A stretch of 64,000 bases of DNA from Setoptus koraiensis (taxonomy: Eukaryota; Animalia; Arthropoda), in contig CM106586.1 in the NCBI GenBank assembly GCA_048013815.1, forward strand, positions 24,118,001-24,182,000. The letters are read 5' to 3'. Of the stretch, positions 1 through 20,397 are shown piece by piece. The position numbers and the translations under genes are program-made. Positions within the stretch are counted from its first letter, which is position 1. The number at the start of each line of letters is the position of its first letter. The notes under the pieces were generated by a model, which saw only the letters and a list, made by a program, of their open reading frames with translations, did no database searches and had not been told where the DNA came from.

Positions 1-402
1 ATAAATTTTAGCTGCTTGCAAAGCCAACTGTTCTAATTTGGTTTTGTACAAAGAGGCGGCTTTGGACTTGTATTTTTCTTTTGCGTTCGTTGTTTCTAGA
101 CAATCATGTTGTTTAAAAAATGTAGCGGCATTCGCATTTCCTCCAACTTGCATCTTTCTCAATTGCAACCATGTCCAATTAGTATCTAATGTTATAGATC
201 TCACAAACGTGATGTGTGTTCCTAGTGACCTATGCGAGGCTGAGCAATCAATGCAAATAAAAATACCATAGGATACGCTGGCCCAACAAGCAAATTTGTT
301 TCCACAATCAAAACATGATTTATTTGCTGGCTTTAATTTCAATTTGGCTAGACCTGATTTCAAATCCTCATGAGGAACAATAGCCGTTTCGTAATCAACC
401 AT
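1..402 (-). CDS. ArfGAP2/3: ArfGAP2/3-type ADP-ribosylation factor GTPase-activating protein, N-terminal 134 codons (gene continues beyond the left edge)
   Basis: Not in the ORF track. Hand translation of the minus strand from ATG at 402 is open to position 1: [96 protein letters not shown]..., with the CxxC-x16-CxxC ArfGAP zinc finger and the HRSLG/FVRS motifs. Confidence 0.92.
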   Translation of the reverse strand, partial: MVDYETAIVPHEDLKSGLAKLKLKPANKSCFDCGNKFACWASVSYGIFICIDCSASHRSLGTHITFVRSITLDTNWTWLQLRKMQVGGNANAATFFKQHDCLETTNAKEKYKSKAASLYKTKLEQLALQAAKIY

Positions 403-1204
403 TTTCTCTATTTGTATTCCTTCTTTATTTCTTTGATCCGGATGAATGTATATTTCTATAATTATAATAAGTATATTTATATGTAGATAAGATAATTGAG
501 ATTATCTAAAGATAAATGACACATACTGACTTACGGACCAACTATGTATAGAAGACTGTTGAATGAACAGTAATAGACTTTTGACAACAACTCTGCGCTG
601 ACTTCAGCACACAAAAGGCTGAACTTGGTTTTTGAGCGTATTTCGGCCGGTTTTGTGCAGGCGATCTAAATGTTGTGCAAAAGGTAAACTGAACTATCAC
701 GGCACAAAATAATGTATTTGTGTTTTGTGCCGTTTATCTGCTGTAGGTCACGCACAGATGATCTTTGTGCCTTAGGACGAGTTTGCCTTCAAGAGTTTGA
801 TTACACCCAGTATATACACTCACTGACTAAGCAGCGGGACAAAAACCAGCAGTCTGGTGCGCACACACATTCAGACCTTGATTTCTCCCCTCATTCTGTG
901 TGTGTCGTGTAAAATATTAAATGTTGTTTCATCACTAAATTCTTCATAGAGAAGCATGCGCACCAAAAAGAATTGAGTTTTAAATCAAGGCGCCTTTTCA
1001 GCAGATCATGCGCAGAATGGCATTAGCAGGATCCGGGCAATGTGGCTTAAATCGTTCTGAACCGACCACGGCGTTAAGAAATCTTTTATATTAGTCTTCT
1101 TTAATTCTCTAGCCAATCACCAATTTCAATCATTAATATATTAATACCACTATACCATCAACTAACTTTATTAGACCAGATCGTCGTCTCAAAAATCTCA
1201 TATA

Positions 1205-1399
1205 ATGGATAAAATCACACTGGCTCGTGTAACAAAATTGTTAGGCCGTACAGGTTCCCAGGGACAATGTACCCAAGTTAAGGTGGAGTTCCTTGATGAC
1301 TCAAATCGATCTATCATTAGGAATGTAAAGGGGCCAGTAAGAGAGGGAGACATATTGACACTATTAGAGTCGGAGCGTGAGGCTAGGAGACTCAGATGA
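1205..1399 (+). CDS. RpS28: 40S ribosomal protein S28 (eS28), single coding exon, 64 aa
   Basis: [20 protein letters not shown]...[26 protein letters not shown] is the eS28 signature. Confidence 0.98.
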   Translation: MDKITLARVTKLLGRTGSQGQCTQVKVEFLDDSNRSIIRNVKGPVREGDILTLLESEREARRLR

Positions 1400-1538
1400 G
1401 GCCCTGATATAATAATCAATAAATGACTCCATTCAAGTGACTATTCGCCTCTACATATCCCACTCTTTATTCATTTAGGTAGTCTCTTATTCGTTTATTT
1501 TATAGTATTTATCTACTTTATTGTCTCATGTCCACTTA

Positions 1539-2555
1539 TCATGCGAATTTTCTAATCCTTTGGAAGATCCTATTCGCCAACCAAACTACTAGTGAAAACA
1601 ATTGTAAGGGATATTCGCTATGTGTATTTTTAGTGTAGATAAGAAATAGAAGGCAAAGTATGGGTGTTAGACGGGTGTTGATCAAGCCTGCTGTTTTTCT
1701 TCCAGACTAGTATTTCGGTTGGTCTTATGTTGATACTAACCCATTTCCAGATGGTTTGGCCTCGTTGCTACTGATTATGAAGAGGGGAAAGAACATGGAA
1801 AACATACAGCCGCTTGTAGCATAAGACTGTGGTATACTAGTTAACAGTGCAAGTGGCAATCCAAAGCCAAAAAAATAGGGCCAGTTGTTCTCAATAAAAT
1901 GAAGTCGACGATGGAGTTCCCATCCAATGTTGAACCATTTGTATTCAAATGAGTATAGTGAATATAGTAGACTTAAATGGAATAGACTAACAAATTGACC
2001 AACCCAGGGGATGGGCAAGAATCCAACTATCACAGCCTGAATTAGAAACAATGCTTGTATTAGCAAACTAAATAATGTGTCCGCGATGAATATCGATATA
2101 CTTCTACCAGTTTGTGGAGTGCGGCCACGAAATGTACATTCGGCAATGTCCTGGAACCAGAATGCATTGACAAATCTACTAAGGGCAAATAGTGGTAACA
2201 CCCAAAAGGCGCTAAATGTATAAGATAAAATTGGATTTACCCAAGACCATACATAAGCAACACGTCCTTCATGGCCGAATATAAATTTCATCAGTTCATA
2301 TATGAAAGGCATCAATATGTAATAAAAGACGATTATGGAGGCTCCGAACACGCCACCATTGAGGGCACAACATTCCAGTATTCTATGATACACATTTACT
2401 GTTTGTTTTGGTGATGCCACGGCGTTTGTTCTAAGTTTGTGAGCTGCTAATGCACGTTTGTTGAGTTTCTCATTTTGAGCATGTATTTTACTAATAGATT
2501 TGATACCAACAAAGGAATCTCGCAATCCAACCAAGACGTTCAATAATGCTGCCAT
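1539..2555 (-). CDS. EI24: Etoposide-induced protein 2.4 homolog (EI24/PIG8), 2 exons, about 297 aa
   Basis: Multi-TM ORF with LFALSRFVNAFWFQDIA, YSLYSFEYKWFNIGWELHRRLHFIENNWPYFFGFGLP. Exons 2555-1741 and 1617-1539, GT-AG intron (GG|gttagt ... catag|C); the second exon adds GEYPLQLFSLVVWLANRIFQRIRKFA*, resembling the EI24 C-terminus. Confidence 0.9.
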
Positions 2556-2603
2556 GATGGATTTATAGTAATGATAATAGGTTGAGCAGCAATTTATTGC
2601 GTG

Positions 2604-2615
2604 TCTATCGATAGA
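2604..2615. promoter_or_regulatory. DRE-like element (TATCGATA within the palindrome TCTATCGATAGA)
   Basis: Exact TATCGATA at 2606-2613, about 50 bp upstream of the EI24 ATG, in the EI24/Rab14 divergent interval. DRE is the DREF-bound housekeeping-promoter motif known from insects. Confidence 0.45.
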
Positions 2616-3724
2616 TTCTTCGGATGGCTTCTCTTTGTGCAGTTGATACAGTTGGGAGAGGGCAGCTGCGTCTTATATATAACAGTGTGTGTAACTTGTA
2701 AACAAGCTGACAAACTGTGAGATTATTTATTATTTATCAGACACACATCACAACAACACTTGCCATGTGCTGTCTTGTGTTCATAGTGTTGTTTTTATGT
2801 CGATGATAATAAATATACTGTTGGAGGTGCTTCCAGCGTATCTACACCGATTTATAAAAAAATCCTCCAGAGAGGCTCACAACATTGAAGAGGTGCACAA
2901 TCAAGCAAAGAGTGTTTGGATAAATGTTTATTTTCTACTGGGTGTGTTACCCATACGGTGCCAAAGACCGCGCGTTGCCCCCTCCCCACCACGCCCCCAC
3001 ATTCTAAACACTACGTGTATCGATCTGATTTGACAAGAAACCTTCCCAACAGTGACACGCCGATCGAGATAGCAAGTAGCTGGTTCGACAGTAGACGAAA
3101 ACACCATCAAAAGCCCCGTAGATTCGAGGACCTCTGCTCTAATTACTGACTTTGCTCTGCTGAATTGAATGTCGAGATCGAGATGATAACAAGTCTAAAG
3201 GAAGTTAAACTGATGCTATCAGTATCATGAGCGTTTAATTTTTTGGAGGGACGAATATCGGATGAAAAGTTAACTTGGCGATTTTTCGTCGCCTACACTA
3301 GCTACAGTGAGAGTTCTTCATACATGGTGAATTCACTTCATGTCTTGTCAGCACACATGTCAACATACTAAAGTCATCCACTCAAAGATTTGTCCAAGCA
3401 AAAAATACTTATCGCGCCCACACTACCCTGGATTGTTCGCTCACCCAGATTCTTCTGCAGGAGATTCGCCTTACCTCTCTGGGAGAAACCTCCCGTATGG
3501 GAGATATTCTCCCCACATCCTCCCATCACTTATCGAACACTTCAATTCGAACTTCACAGATTCGAATTTTGCGCTCTAGTAAACAGCCCGAAAATATACG
3601 CGTTAAGTGCACTGTATACTGTATGGTACTGCTGGCATATCAATATATATGTTATCAACAATAGTATTATTGTTATGTCAGTTGGAGTATATCTCTATAT
3701 ATTATAATTGATCAATTTTAATGA

Positions 3725-4471
<747 letters not shown>

Positions 4472-5249
4472 TTTTCATCACAATATATAAACTCAGATAT
4501 GTGAAGTGTATATGCTTGTGTATGTATGTGTATTTGTCTATTTCCACCACTCACTTGTCTCTTCATCCTCTGCAAGTATTATCATTATTGTCACATAGAA
4601 CAATCAACGTATACTCTAATATTAGCAACACCAGCAACTTCAACAATATAATAACAATAGATCAAGAAGATGATAATATTCATGATGATAATAATAATTG
4701 AGGATTAGGCGGCTTGTTTGGAATATATATTCGCCGTCTAGCTTGATCACTCCGATTGTAGGCTGACGACATCATGCCTACGAAACCAGTCATGGCCAAT
4801 ACAAGCGATACTGTAAGATATATTGATGTAAAACCCATAGCCCATCCTGTTTCCGAGCATGATTTAAACGTATTGGAATCGCTAGAATCGGAGAACATAA
4901 CAAACGGAACTTAAGAAATATCTAAGGATAGTTGTCGCTATGACTCGCCTTACTAGAGTGTTCATCAAACAGATAATTGGCTAAATTATAATTCTAATGA
5001 AAATCAACAATAATTCCACAACTGCACCTATGTCTGTTGCAATATCTATTCCCGTTCTGTATGCAGTGTGTCTGTAAATTTATGTATAACTTGAATCTAC
5101 ATTCACACAATAAACAAATATCATTATCTTGAAGAGGATAAGAAAATGAGGATGAAAGATTTTTTCAGGTAGCGCGAGACTGACAGGTACAGTAGAAATA
5201 ATACTCTATGATGATCTCTTGTGGCGGACAGCCTTAAGCCGGGTGAATC

Positions 5250-5261
5250 TATCGATCGATA
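5250..5261. promoter_or_regulatory. Palindromic DRE-like element TATCGATCGATA
   Basis: Perfect 12-bp palindrome between the converging 3' ends of Rab14 and TXNL1; no assigned gene. Confidence 0.25.
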
Positions 5262-5478
5262 ATGATCTTTAATTGATAGATGGAAGCTCAATTAATTGAT
5301 GGACATTATTTCTATAGTGATTGACAAGAAATTGTTAACATTTTGACATCTTATTGTTAGCTTAAGTTGATTTATTCTACCATCATGTGAGATAATTTGT
5401 GTATAACCTAGAAAGCATCTTCATGCAGCATAATTTACAATATATATTTTTAGTACATAAACTTCATTATTAATCGTA

Positions 5479-6584
5479 TCAATGTGCCTCACCTTGCTTA
5501 CCACCAACTCGCTTGAATTCATTCATGTTCGTTGCAGCTACAGGAGTTCCGATTGGTATTATTTGTGTTATACGAGTGGTATCTTTAGCACCTTGATTGT
5601 CTCTCACAAATATCGTGAGACTGTTAACATTTTGAAATTTTACATACTTAAGTTGGGAAGGCTTCGCATCATCTGTTAAATCTTCTTTTGACAATTCAAG
5701 AGCTTGGACTGGATCAATAGAGTCTGCTTGATCGAAAGATAATGATCTTGGTTGATTCAAAAATAATTTGAGAGTCTTTGGACCGTGATCCTCTGGTGCT
5801 TTGACCTTGAGAGAATGTAATTTGATTGGCTGGGAGAAAGCAAGTGTTATTATGAGTTGTTCATCACAATCAGACTCCAAGAATGTTTGTTTCGACGGGC
5901 TAAGTCCTTGTGCTAGAGGATGATCATTTGACTCATTCAAGCATTCACAACCGCTTTTCATAATGAAGCTTGATAAATCAACATGAGGTCCATACTGCTG
6001 TACATCACTGCTTGATGAACCTGAAGCATCATTTAAATTTTGTCCCAACAATTCGACTATCTTAGCTTCTAACAACTGGGCATTCGCACCTTGCAATTTG
6101 GCAACGGTAGTTTTAGCCTTAAAGAAAATAAAAGTTGGCATCGCGGTTATCTAGAATGAGTTCATTTTGAATGTGTAGGAAATATTTGTGTGAAATAATT
6201 TTCCATTAGATAAGCCAATAAATTTACAAATTTAAGAGAATAGTACTAAGTGAAACTCACGCTATTGGCAGCTGCCACGGAATCACAATCGTCCACATCA
6301 ACTTTCAGGAAGACTGCTTGAGGATATTTGTTACTTAGACTGTCGAATATAGGAGCTATCATCTGGCAAGGTCCACACCTAAGAGACAACATTGCAGTCG
6401 AGGGTGAGATGATTGTGTTATTGATGAGTGATTGAGAAGCAATTGTTATTCGGAAATAACTCAACTAGCCTACCACAATATATACATACCATTTAGCTGT
6501 AAAATCGACTACAACCAGCTTGGGACCGGCTTGTGTCAGACTGGTTTGAAAGTGTGAAGCGTCATTAATTTTGATTATAGGCAT
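5479..6584 (-). CDS. TXNL1: Thioredoxin-like protein 1 (thioredoxin + PITH domain), 3 exons, about 294 aa
   Basis: Exons 6584-6490, 6378-6261, 6150-5479 with GT-AG junctions and consistent phases rebuild [12 protein letters not shown]...[18 protein letters not shown]...VDVD...[10 protein letters not shown], followed by a PITH domain ([37 protein letters not shown]). Confidence 0.95.
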
Positions 6585-7758
6585 CTTAGGCAGATCTGTT
6601 TGAATTGGATAGACGTGAACAATGGTCCAGGTATGAAAAATTAGAGCTTAGTATTTGTGATTTACTAATCTAACGCAAATACAGTTTTATTATGATGAAG
6701 ATAAATGTCCGTGAGAAATGTATCAGCTGATATCATGTGATCTAGGTAGCTAATTTTAGGTAGAAAACGACAAATCTAATAACAGAATCAGGCCCTTTCC
6801 TTGGCTAACAATAAATTCTTTGATCTTACGATGATAGTTATATAACCAGTCGTGGTAATTGATGAAAGTTTCAATGATGTTATTAGAGTCACTGAATGAT
6901 ATGTTTTAGGGGTTTTTGTAGAAGTCTATTTTAGAGTTGTGTTCTCTGCATGGTTTTGTAGAGTTCCGCCAGGTGATGTTAGAGAACCGGTCGGACATCC
7001 GCTACCCTGCCCCCTTCACTTTCAAATTCAGTATTTTCTCTGGCTTCCAGGGTATTCTCGAGTTTTTCCTCGAAATCGACCGAGTCCTCTAGAAAATACC
7101 CGATTCTAGGAATATTGGGGAAATGACTTACAGATGTAACTGATGTGACAGATGATGGAAAGAAATAGAAACAAGTCTTCTATGGACACCCAAAAATCAG
7201 AACAAAAAGACCCCTAGACCCAATTTCAGCTCGGTTATTGCCCGAATCAAGCTGCAACATTCATTTCTGTGTTTGATTTTTCGCAAAAATAAATCCCTTG
7301 AAGACTCGAATTGCGTCGAGTGCGCTAGAGCGCGAGGTTAGGCAAGAGTCGAGAAGTTTTCAATAAACGACGATTTCAAGACCTCGAGAACCCACCATGT
7401 AGCCCAGACATTCCCCCAGGTGATAATTATCTTTTCATTCCTCTGAAAACTTGCATAAGAGCGAAGATATTTCAATCAGAGAGTGAAACAACCTCAGAGT
7501 TGACTATTTTTCATTGAAAGCTGAGAATTACTCCAGGAGGGGTATAGTCAGTCCCAGCGATAAATCAATCCTCCCGATAGAAAGACAGAGCGAACATCTC
7601 GATTTGTGGCAGCTTTGGTTAAATTACTCCATAGTTTACGCGATAAGGCCGAAGACTTCTAGAGCACTTTGTAAGTTGCGATAGTAGATCAGCCAAAATT
7701 ACGCAACCAATGGCCACTCGATTAAGATAAGGCGCTGAAATGACATAAGTGGGCGCGC

Positions 7759-8097
7759 GAGATACCCACTCAGAAAAGTCTTGAGCATAAATTTTCTACT
7801 CATACTAATCATCATCATCATCATCATCATTGACAGTTCTAATACCAATATATGTATATATTTATAGAAATTTTACATGAACTATGAATGATTATTTAGG
7901 TGTGACCTATATACTATATATTGTATAAATGTGTGAGCTTGTGTATTACTGTGTGCATAACAGACACCACACAATAAAGTTTTCATTGTTTCTATCATCA
8001 GTAACTAGGATATCCGGTCTAGTATACTAGTAATAAATTAATTTAGTATAATGGATTTTGCTTGATTATCTACACTTGTTGTCGTCGTTGCTTCTAT
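7759..8097 (-). repeat. Diverged outer flank of the SERCA inverted duplication (copy of about 21160-21520)
   Basis: Reverse complement aligns with 21160-21520; over about 230 central bases I count about 9 substitutions and one 4-bp indel, with more indels at the edges. Confidence 0.9.
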
Positions 8098-8104
8098 GCC
8101 CCGA

Positions 8105-11434
<3,330 letters not shown>

Positions 11435-14400
11435 TGATTAAATGATGCCGTTGTTGTTGATTCACTACTAAAATAATAAAGTAAAATAAAGTTCACACAA
11501 CTGAATTGTTCATCACCAACAGCGGCGGCGGCAGCAACAACAACAGCAACAACCACAACTGTGGCACTAACATCTTTCTCCAAACCACATTTTAAATAGA
11601 TTTGTCAGGTGCCCTTCATCGCTCTCTTTTGATCTTGTGATATTCTTCTATCTCTACACTAGATAGAGCCACTAAGCGCTTTCTTTGGTCGCCATTTATG
11701 GATTAATGAATGTAGTGCCAGCGCCACTACAACAGGCAACAAGCCGCAAGCAACAAGCAACGGAGACAACCATATTATTATCATCATTATTCACTGGTGA
11801 TGATAATATCAACCAACACAATCGGGCGCCCATCCAACGTCAACTGTCAACGATCAACTATGTCAAATGTCCGTGTGCCATGAGTCAGTTTGACTTGTAG
11901 TTGCGTAAGACAATAGGTCACGTATTTACGTGCCGCCACTACCTTACTAATACAGTATATTATCCGCGCTAAACTGATTATGTTAGTCATAGTTGCTCTT
12001 TCATTATCAGTTGGTGCAAGTAAAACATTAGCGACAGAGATAGAGAGGGGAGCCCCCTCATTTGCATGCGAAAGAGAGAATATACTAAATTAGTAAGATG
12101 TTCGTCATGTTAGAGAGGCTTGTTAAGCAGAGGATAGAGGAATAATCAAGCGAATAGGAAAAAGAATAGGGGCTAGTCGGTTGTGTGCACTGTTAATAAT
12201 AAAAATACAAGTCGACTAATAGAAAAATACAAGTCGGGACAGATACAGAGAGTGCGTGAGCGAAATATGTGTAACATAGATGCAGTCCATTATTCTAATA
12301 GTCGACACTATCTCGCACAATCACATTTTTAGTCATTGCATATTGTGTGAGTATGAAGGTTATTTATTGTAGCAGTTGTTGGCCCTAAGTCAAATTCAAA
12401 AATTAAAGGCTTTCGTTCGTCAGACAGCAAGACAGCAAAGGCTTCAGCGGCTTCATGATGATGCCAGTGTGAATGCGAATCCGATCTATGATGTGTCGCA
12501 TAGTTTGCATTCAAATTTTATTGTGTGTGTCTCCCACTTTGTGCGGCAATATCCATTGCATCTAGCTAGTTTTTTGTCGCTGCTGCTGTGAGATAAATAG
12601 CGCTTCTTATCCACTGTAGTTCTGTAGTGGATAGGAAGCTTGCGTCGTTCGCTATGTGTTGCGCAAATCACTAATTTAGCAAGACCCAAGACGACGGAGA
12701 TGGATGAAGAGTGTGGCAAGATGAGACCAGTGTACATGTTTGTGTGCCATATCAAGGTATGTCATTAATGGCGCCAGTGAATGTCATGTACCGTTCTTCT
12801 GTCTGTGTATGTTGACTGTCGTAATACTGACTCAGTGCCGAGATTGTGCCACACTCGTTGCATTCGTGACAAATGCAACAAGTTAAACAACACTAGCTAT
12901 GCCCCTCACAACTAACATCTACATCCATCAATTTAAATTAAAATTTCAATCTCGATTCAAATCAGTTGCTGCTGCGACTGTTGGCCTCATGAGTGCTGTT
13001 GTTCTACTTGCCCACGATGAACTATCTTGGCATACTAATCTATATGTTTCATTACTTAGTGATGGTTGCATATGTTGATACGTTTATACTTGTACATGTG
13101 CATATATTACGGCATATACGAGCAGAGTAGCAGTAGTAGTATGACGCAAATGTCGCTAGGTTTAACGTTATGATAGGTTATAGACATGCTAAATCGGCAA
13201 ATGCTGTCACGTCAGTAATTATAAACAAGCAAAAATCAATAACGTACCACGATCTAAAGTGTACGATTATAGACAGATGCGACCTATAAGCCTCTTGTTA
13301 TTCTTGTTCCTACGGATCAATAAAAGCAGTGAGCTGATAGACAGCTCACAACAAACAAAAGTTATCACTGATAACAATCAATTTGTCAATGAAAATTAAT
13401 CTCACTAACCAACAAACGCAAAAATAGACATTAGATGCATAACTTTACTTTTGTATGTAGATAATTTCATGACGACGATTTTGGCGTCTCTTTGGCAATT
13501 CTGCGATGCATTGAGTGTATGCTAATGATGGTATTAAGATAAAACACTTGTTGTCACTTGCGCGCAAGATGATCGTATTTGATATGATTACAAACTTGTC
13601 ACTGCGATACACTTTTGAGTTAAGCTGCATTTGCTTTTGAGAAATCCTCCGCAACCAAGCTTTCATAGTTAACAAGAATCATTCCAATAAACAAAGTAAC
13701 ACCGACAGATCAACGTTTCACTATCCCGCTTGCAATTGGATTATTGTTTTTGCCATAGCGCAGTTGCTGTTATCATAATTTGCATCATACTGTCGGTATG
13801 TGCAGTCAGTGTGTCTTAGAACTAACAAAAGTCAGTGTGTCACCCATCAATCAATTGATGACTTGCACTTGAAATATTGTGCTTCATTCATGGTGGTCAT
13901 CTCTCAAGTTGTCAGCTCAAGTCAAAGATCAGCAAACATTATGAGCAGTGGGTCAGCAAGACGCGCTAGAAATGATTGACATTTAGTGTACCTCAACCAC
14001 AAGTAATTCAATTAGCATTTGGCCCACAATTAAGCTCATTGATGGCTTTTCTTTCTAATGGCACCACAACAACTGACTATTTGCTGGTTGATGAGTCGTT
14101 TAAATGGCTGTGGTTTCATCCAACGGATCTTTGGCTCTCATGATTGCGGTGGATGCGCCGCAAATAGCATGGATGCGCCTCAGCAAATCCACTACGTTAA
14201 AAGTGAAAACAGGAGAGCGGAGAAAAAAACACACGACAGAGCGACAATTATCATTATTATTATGTTGTGCTGTTTCTCTTAATGTGCAATATTGTTGCTT
14301 TGTTGAGATAAATTAAATGTTGTTGTATAAATAAAAGTGCAACAAGAAGATTGTATCTTAGGTATAACTATTACTATAACTATTGCAAACATAATTAAAC

Positions 14401-15233
14401 CAAAGAGTGTGCAGCACATATCTGTGTAGCGTTTAATCTATATATCTCCTGATGTCATACAATCTTTGTTGGAAGACATGAGAAGAGAGACAGAGTCAGA
14501 GCAGATGATAATGTTGAAAATGGGAGACGCACCGACAGCTAGTCAAGGTCGCCTCACTTGCACACAACACAACACAACACAAAAACTTGCAACAGGCTAC
14601 AGTTGCAACAGAAAACTTTAACGGCAAGCCATCATTGCAGCAAATGCGCCATAAAAGAATCCAAAATTTTCAATGTTATGCTCAACCATCTACACTCATG
14701 CACAACGAATATAGCGAGTATGGCGAGTACGGCGAGCATAGCGAGCTATAGAGCCCACTAGCTCGCCAGATGAGCCTAACTGTCTCAACTGTGAGTATGC
14801 GACAATTTTACTTGGTGAGTTCTACTAAGTGAGTGGGCTCAGTGTGCGTTACTTAATGCGTTTGATACAGTCGCCGAATGGGTGAGTTTGTCTTTGATAT
14901 GAACTTATTAAAACAGAGAAACGAGAAGAGAAAGGAAAATTCTCCTCGCCTCTGCTTTTGTCCAACTGTGTGCATAGAGACACAAACGAACAATCCTCTC
15001 GCATGTTGGTGATGATGATTTTGTGCAATTGTTCTTTTATTCGCTCATTGTACACCTCATTTGCTTCACGATAATTAGCTGTTAATCAAGAGACACTGTG
15101 ACAAAAGAAATAGAATGTGTACCGCATGCTGTAAATAGTTTCAACTCGTCCTAATTTATGTTTCGTGCCTCCAGTTATTCAATTGGCTCTAGAATGGTTG
15201 CACAATTGGTGAGTGAGCGAACGACTGAGTTAG

Positions 15234-15239
15234 GTGTGT

Positions 15240-15282
<43 letters not shown>
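15234..15282. repeat. (TG)n microsatellite
   Basis: Direct reading, two TG>CG interruptions. Confidence 0.9.
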
Positions 15283-15284
<2 letters not shown>

Positions 15285-16364
15285 GTGCGTAGGACGTGCA
15301 AAGTTCAACAAAATGACAGCCAACAACCATCGCTGGAATTGCACAATCACGGACTTTCATGGCGCCCGTGCCTCAATCATTTGGACGTATAAATATAACA
15401 ATATTCATTTGCCAAGACACATGTCTTGTCACTTGAAGAGCATTTATTTGTTGTTCAAATGACAGACGCTGTTTGGTGCTTTTATCATTGGCGCTGCATT
15501 ATATTTTGCGCTTATCTTACAAGTTTTGTTATTGATATCATCATTACTATGATATTGAGCTCGATCATGCACTCGCACGCATCCCGTTTGTATGCTGATG
15601 ACGATGTGATACACAACAACTTTTGTTAGCGACTTTTGTTGTCGTGGTAGAGCGAGCGAGATAGAGAGCGTCTAGCGACGACGCCAGCGATAATAACAAT
15701 GGAATGGAGAACTAATTCTCCAATTCTCCACAACAGCGGACTGGATACATGGCGCACACAGACACACTGGCAACAAAGCTCACTATGTATTATGGCTCAA
15801 CTATCGCCGATTAAAAGTTTTCTTTACTGACGAACGCAACGCCTGACAATAATAGCGAGCGCCTAGCCAAAAGAGTCTAACCAAACTATAACTAGACACT
15901 AGTGATGTGCGTGTTGAGCATATGCTTCAACCTGCCTAGTGTTTTTATTTGTGCGAGTGTGCTTATGTAACACAACAAGCGAGCACCTAAGCACGTTGTC
16001 TGGCAAGCTTGGCACAGATTGCATGATGGCTCGGCAAGTTATTTGGAAGAGTTTCCACTAACACTGGCAGTTACTTGTTGCTGACACAATGACGCAAGCG
16101 GCTAGTTGTGCGGCACACGGCACAGAGTGTAGGCGTTGCGCACGGTGTGTGTCGTAAAAATGGTGAGTATATGAGTGGTGAGCGTGAGTGTATGTGTAAT
16201 TGTCGTAGTCGTCGTCGACGTTGCCTTAGTCTACGTATTCACTAATCCTAATGTTATAGCGCGTGTGTGTGTGTGTGTGCACAAAAAGTTCGTCTGCTTT
16301 AGCGAATTTGAACCGTGTGTATGAAACGTAGCTTTTGTGCGTGCGTGCGTGTACATGCGACCGA

Positions 16365-16406
16365 GTGTGAGTGTGTGTGTGTGTGTGTGTGCGTGTGTGT
16401 GTGTGT
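16365..16406. repeat. (TG)n microsatellite
   Basis: Direct reading, lightly interrupted. Confidence 0.85.
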
Positions 16407-16870
16407 AAATGCCATGCACACATTGACATGAGAGGCATAGGCAGTTGTTAGCAGCAGCAGAAGCAGCAGCAGCAGTTGATGCACAGCGGCAGCATCAGCA
16501 CAGCGACGGCGGCAGCAGCAGCAGCAGCGTTTGTAGCGTCAACAGCACTCACATCGACGATTGTGGATTGTGAATTGTGGAAACACACACACTCACACCA
16601 ATTCTATAATTTGCAGTATATATCAATATTGTTGGTAATATTTATATCAACTGCTAGTAGTTATTAATGCTACTACTGTAATAATATTATCACTATCGCC
16701 ACTACTATTATCATTGTTATTATTTATTATTAATATATTGTAATAATAAGAACTGGATATTAAGAATAGTAATATTATTTTAGTAGTGAATCAACAACAA
16801 CAACAACAGCGTCGTCGTCGTCGTTATTTACTCAACCACAACAACCACAACGAGAGTATCAATATTAATC

Positions 16871-20200
<3,330 letters not shown>

Positions 20201-20397
20201 ATTGGGAAATGGTTTCTATGGTTACGCTGTGTTTATTGTCATGTCCATGTGTTTGTGTATAGTAAGCATTTCTTCTGGTGAATTTAATCTTAGAATAGAA
20301 GATGTATTTCTGCAAGCCAGCGTTTAGTTGAACAAAAAAAAATATATATATTATATATTATTTTATTTCGGCCGTTAGAAAACTATTAGTGGTGGTA

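Noticed and set aside
2767-3707. ORFs between EI24 and Rab14 (e.g. 3390-3707, 105 aa)
   Set aside because: No recognisable domain; the location fits divergent promoter/5'UTR sequence.
6600-7758. CpG/TCGA-rich non-coding stretch as a transposon remnant
   Set aside because: I found no ORF, terminal repeats or target-site duplication; a promoter-type interval is as likely.
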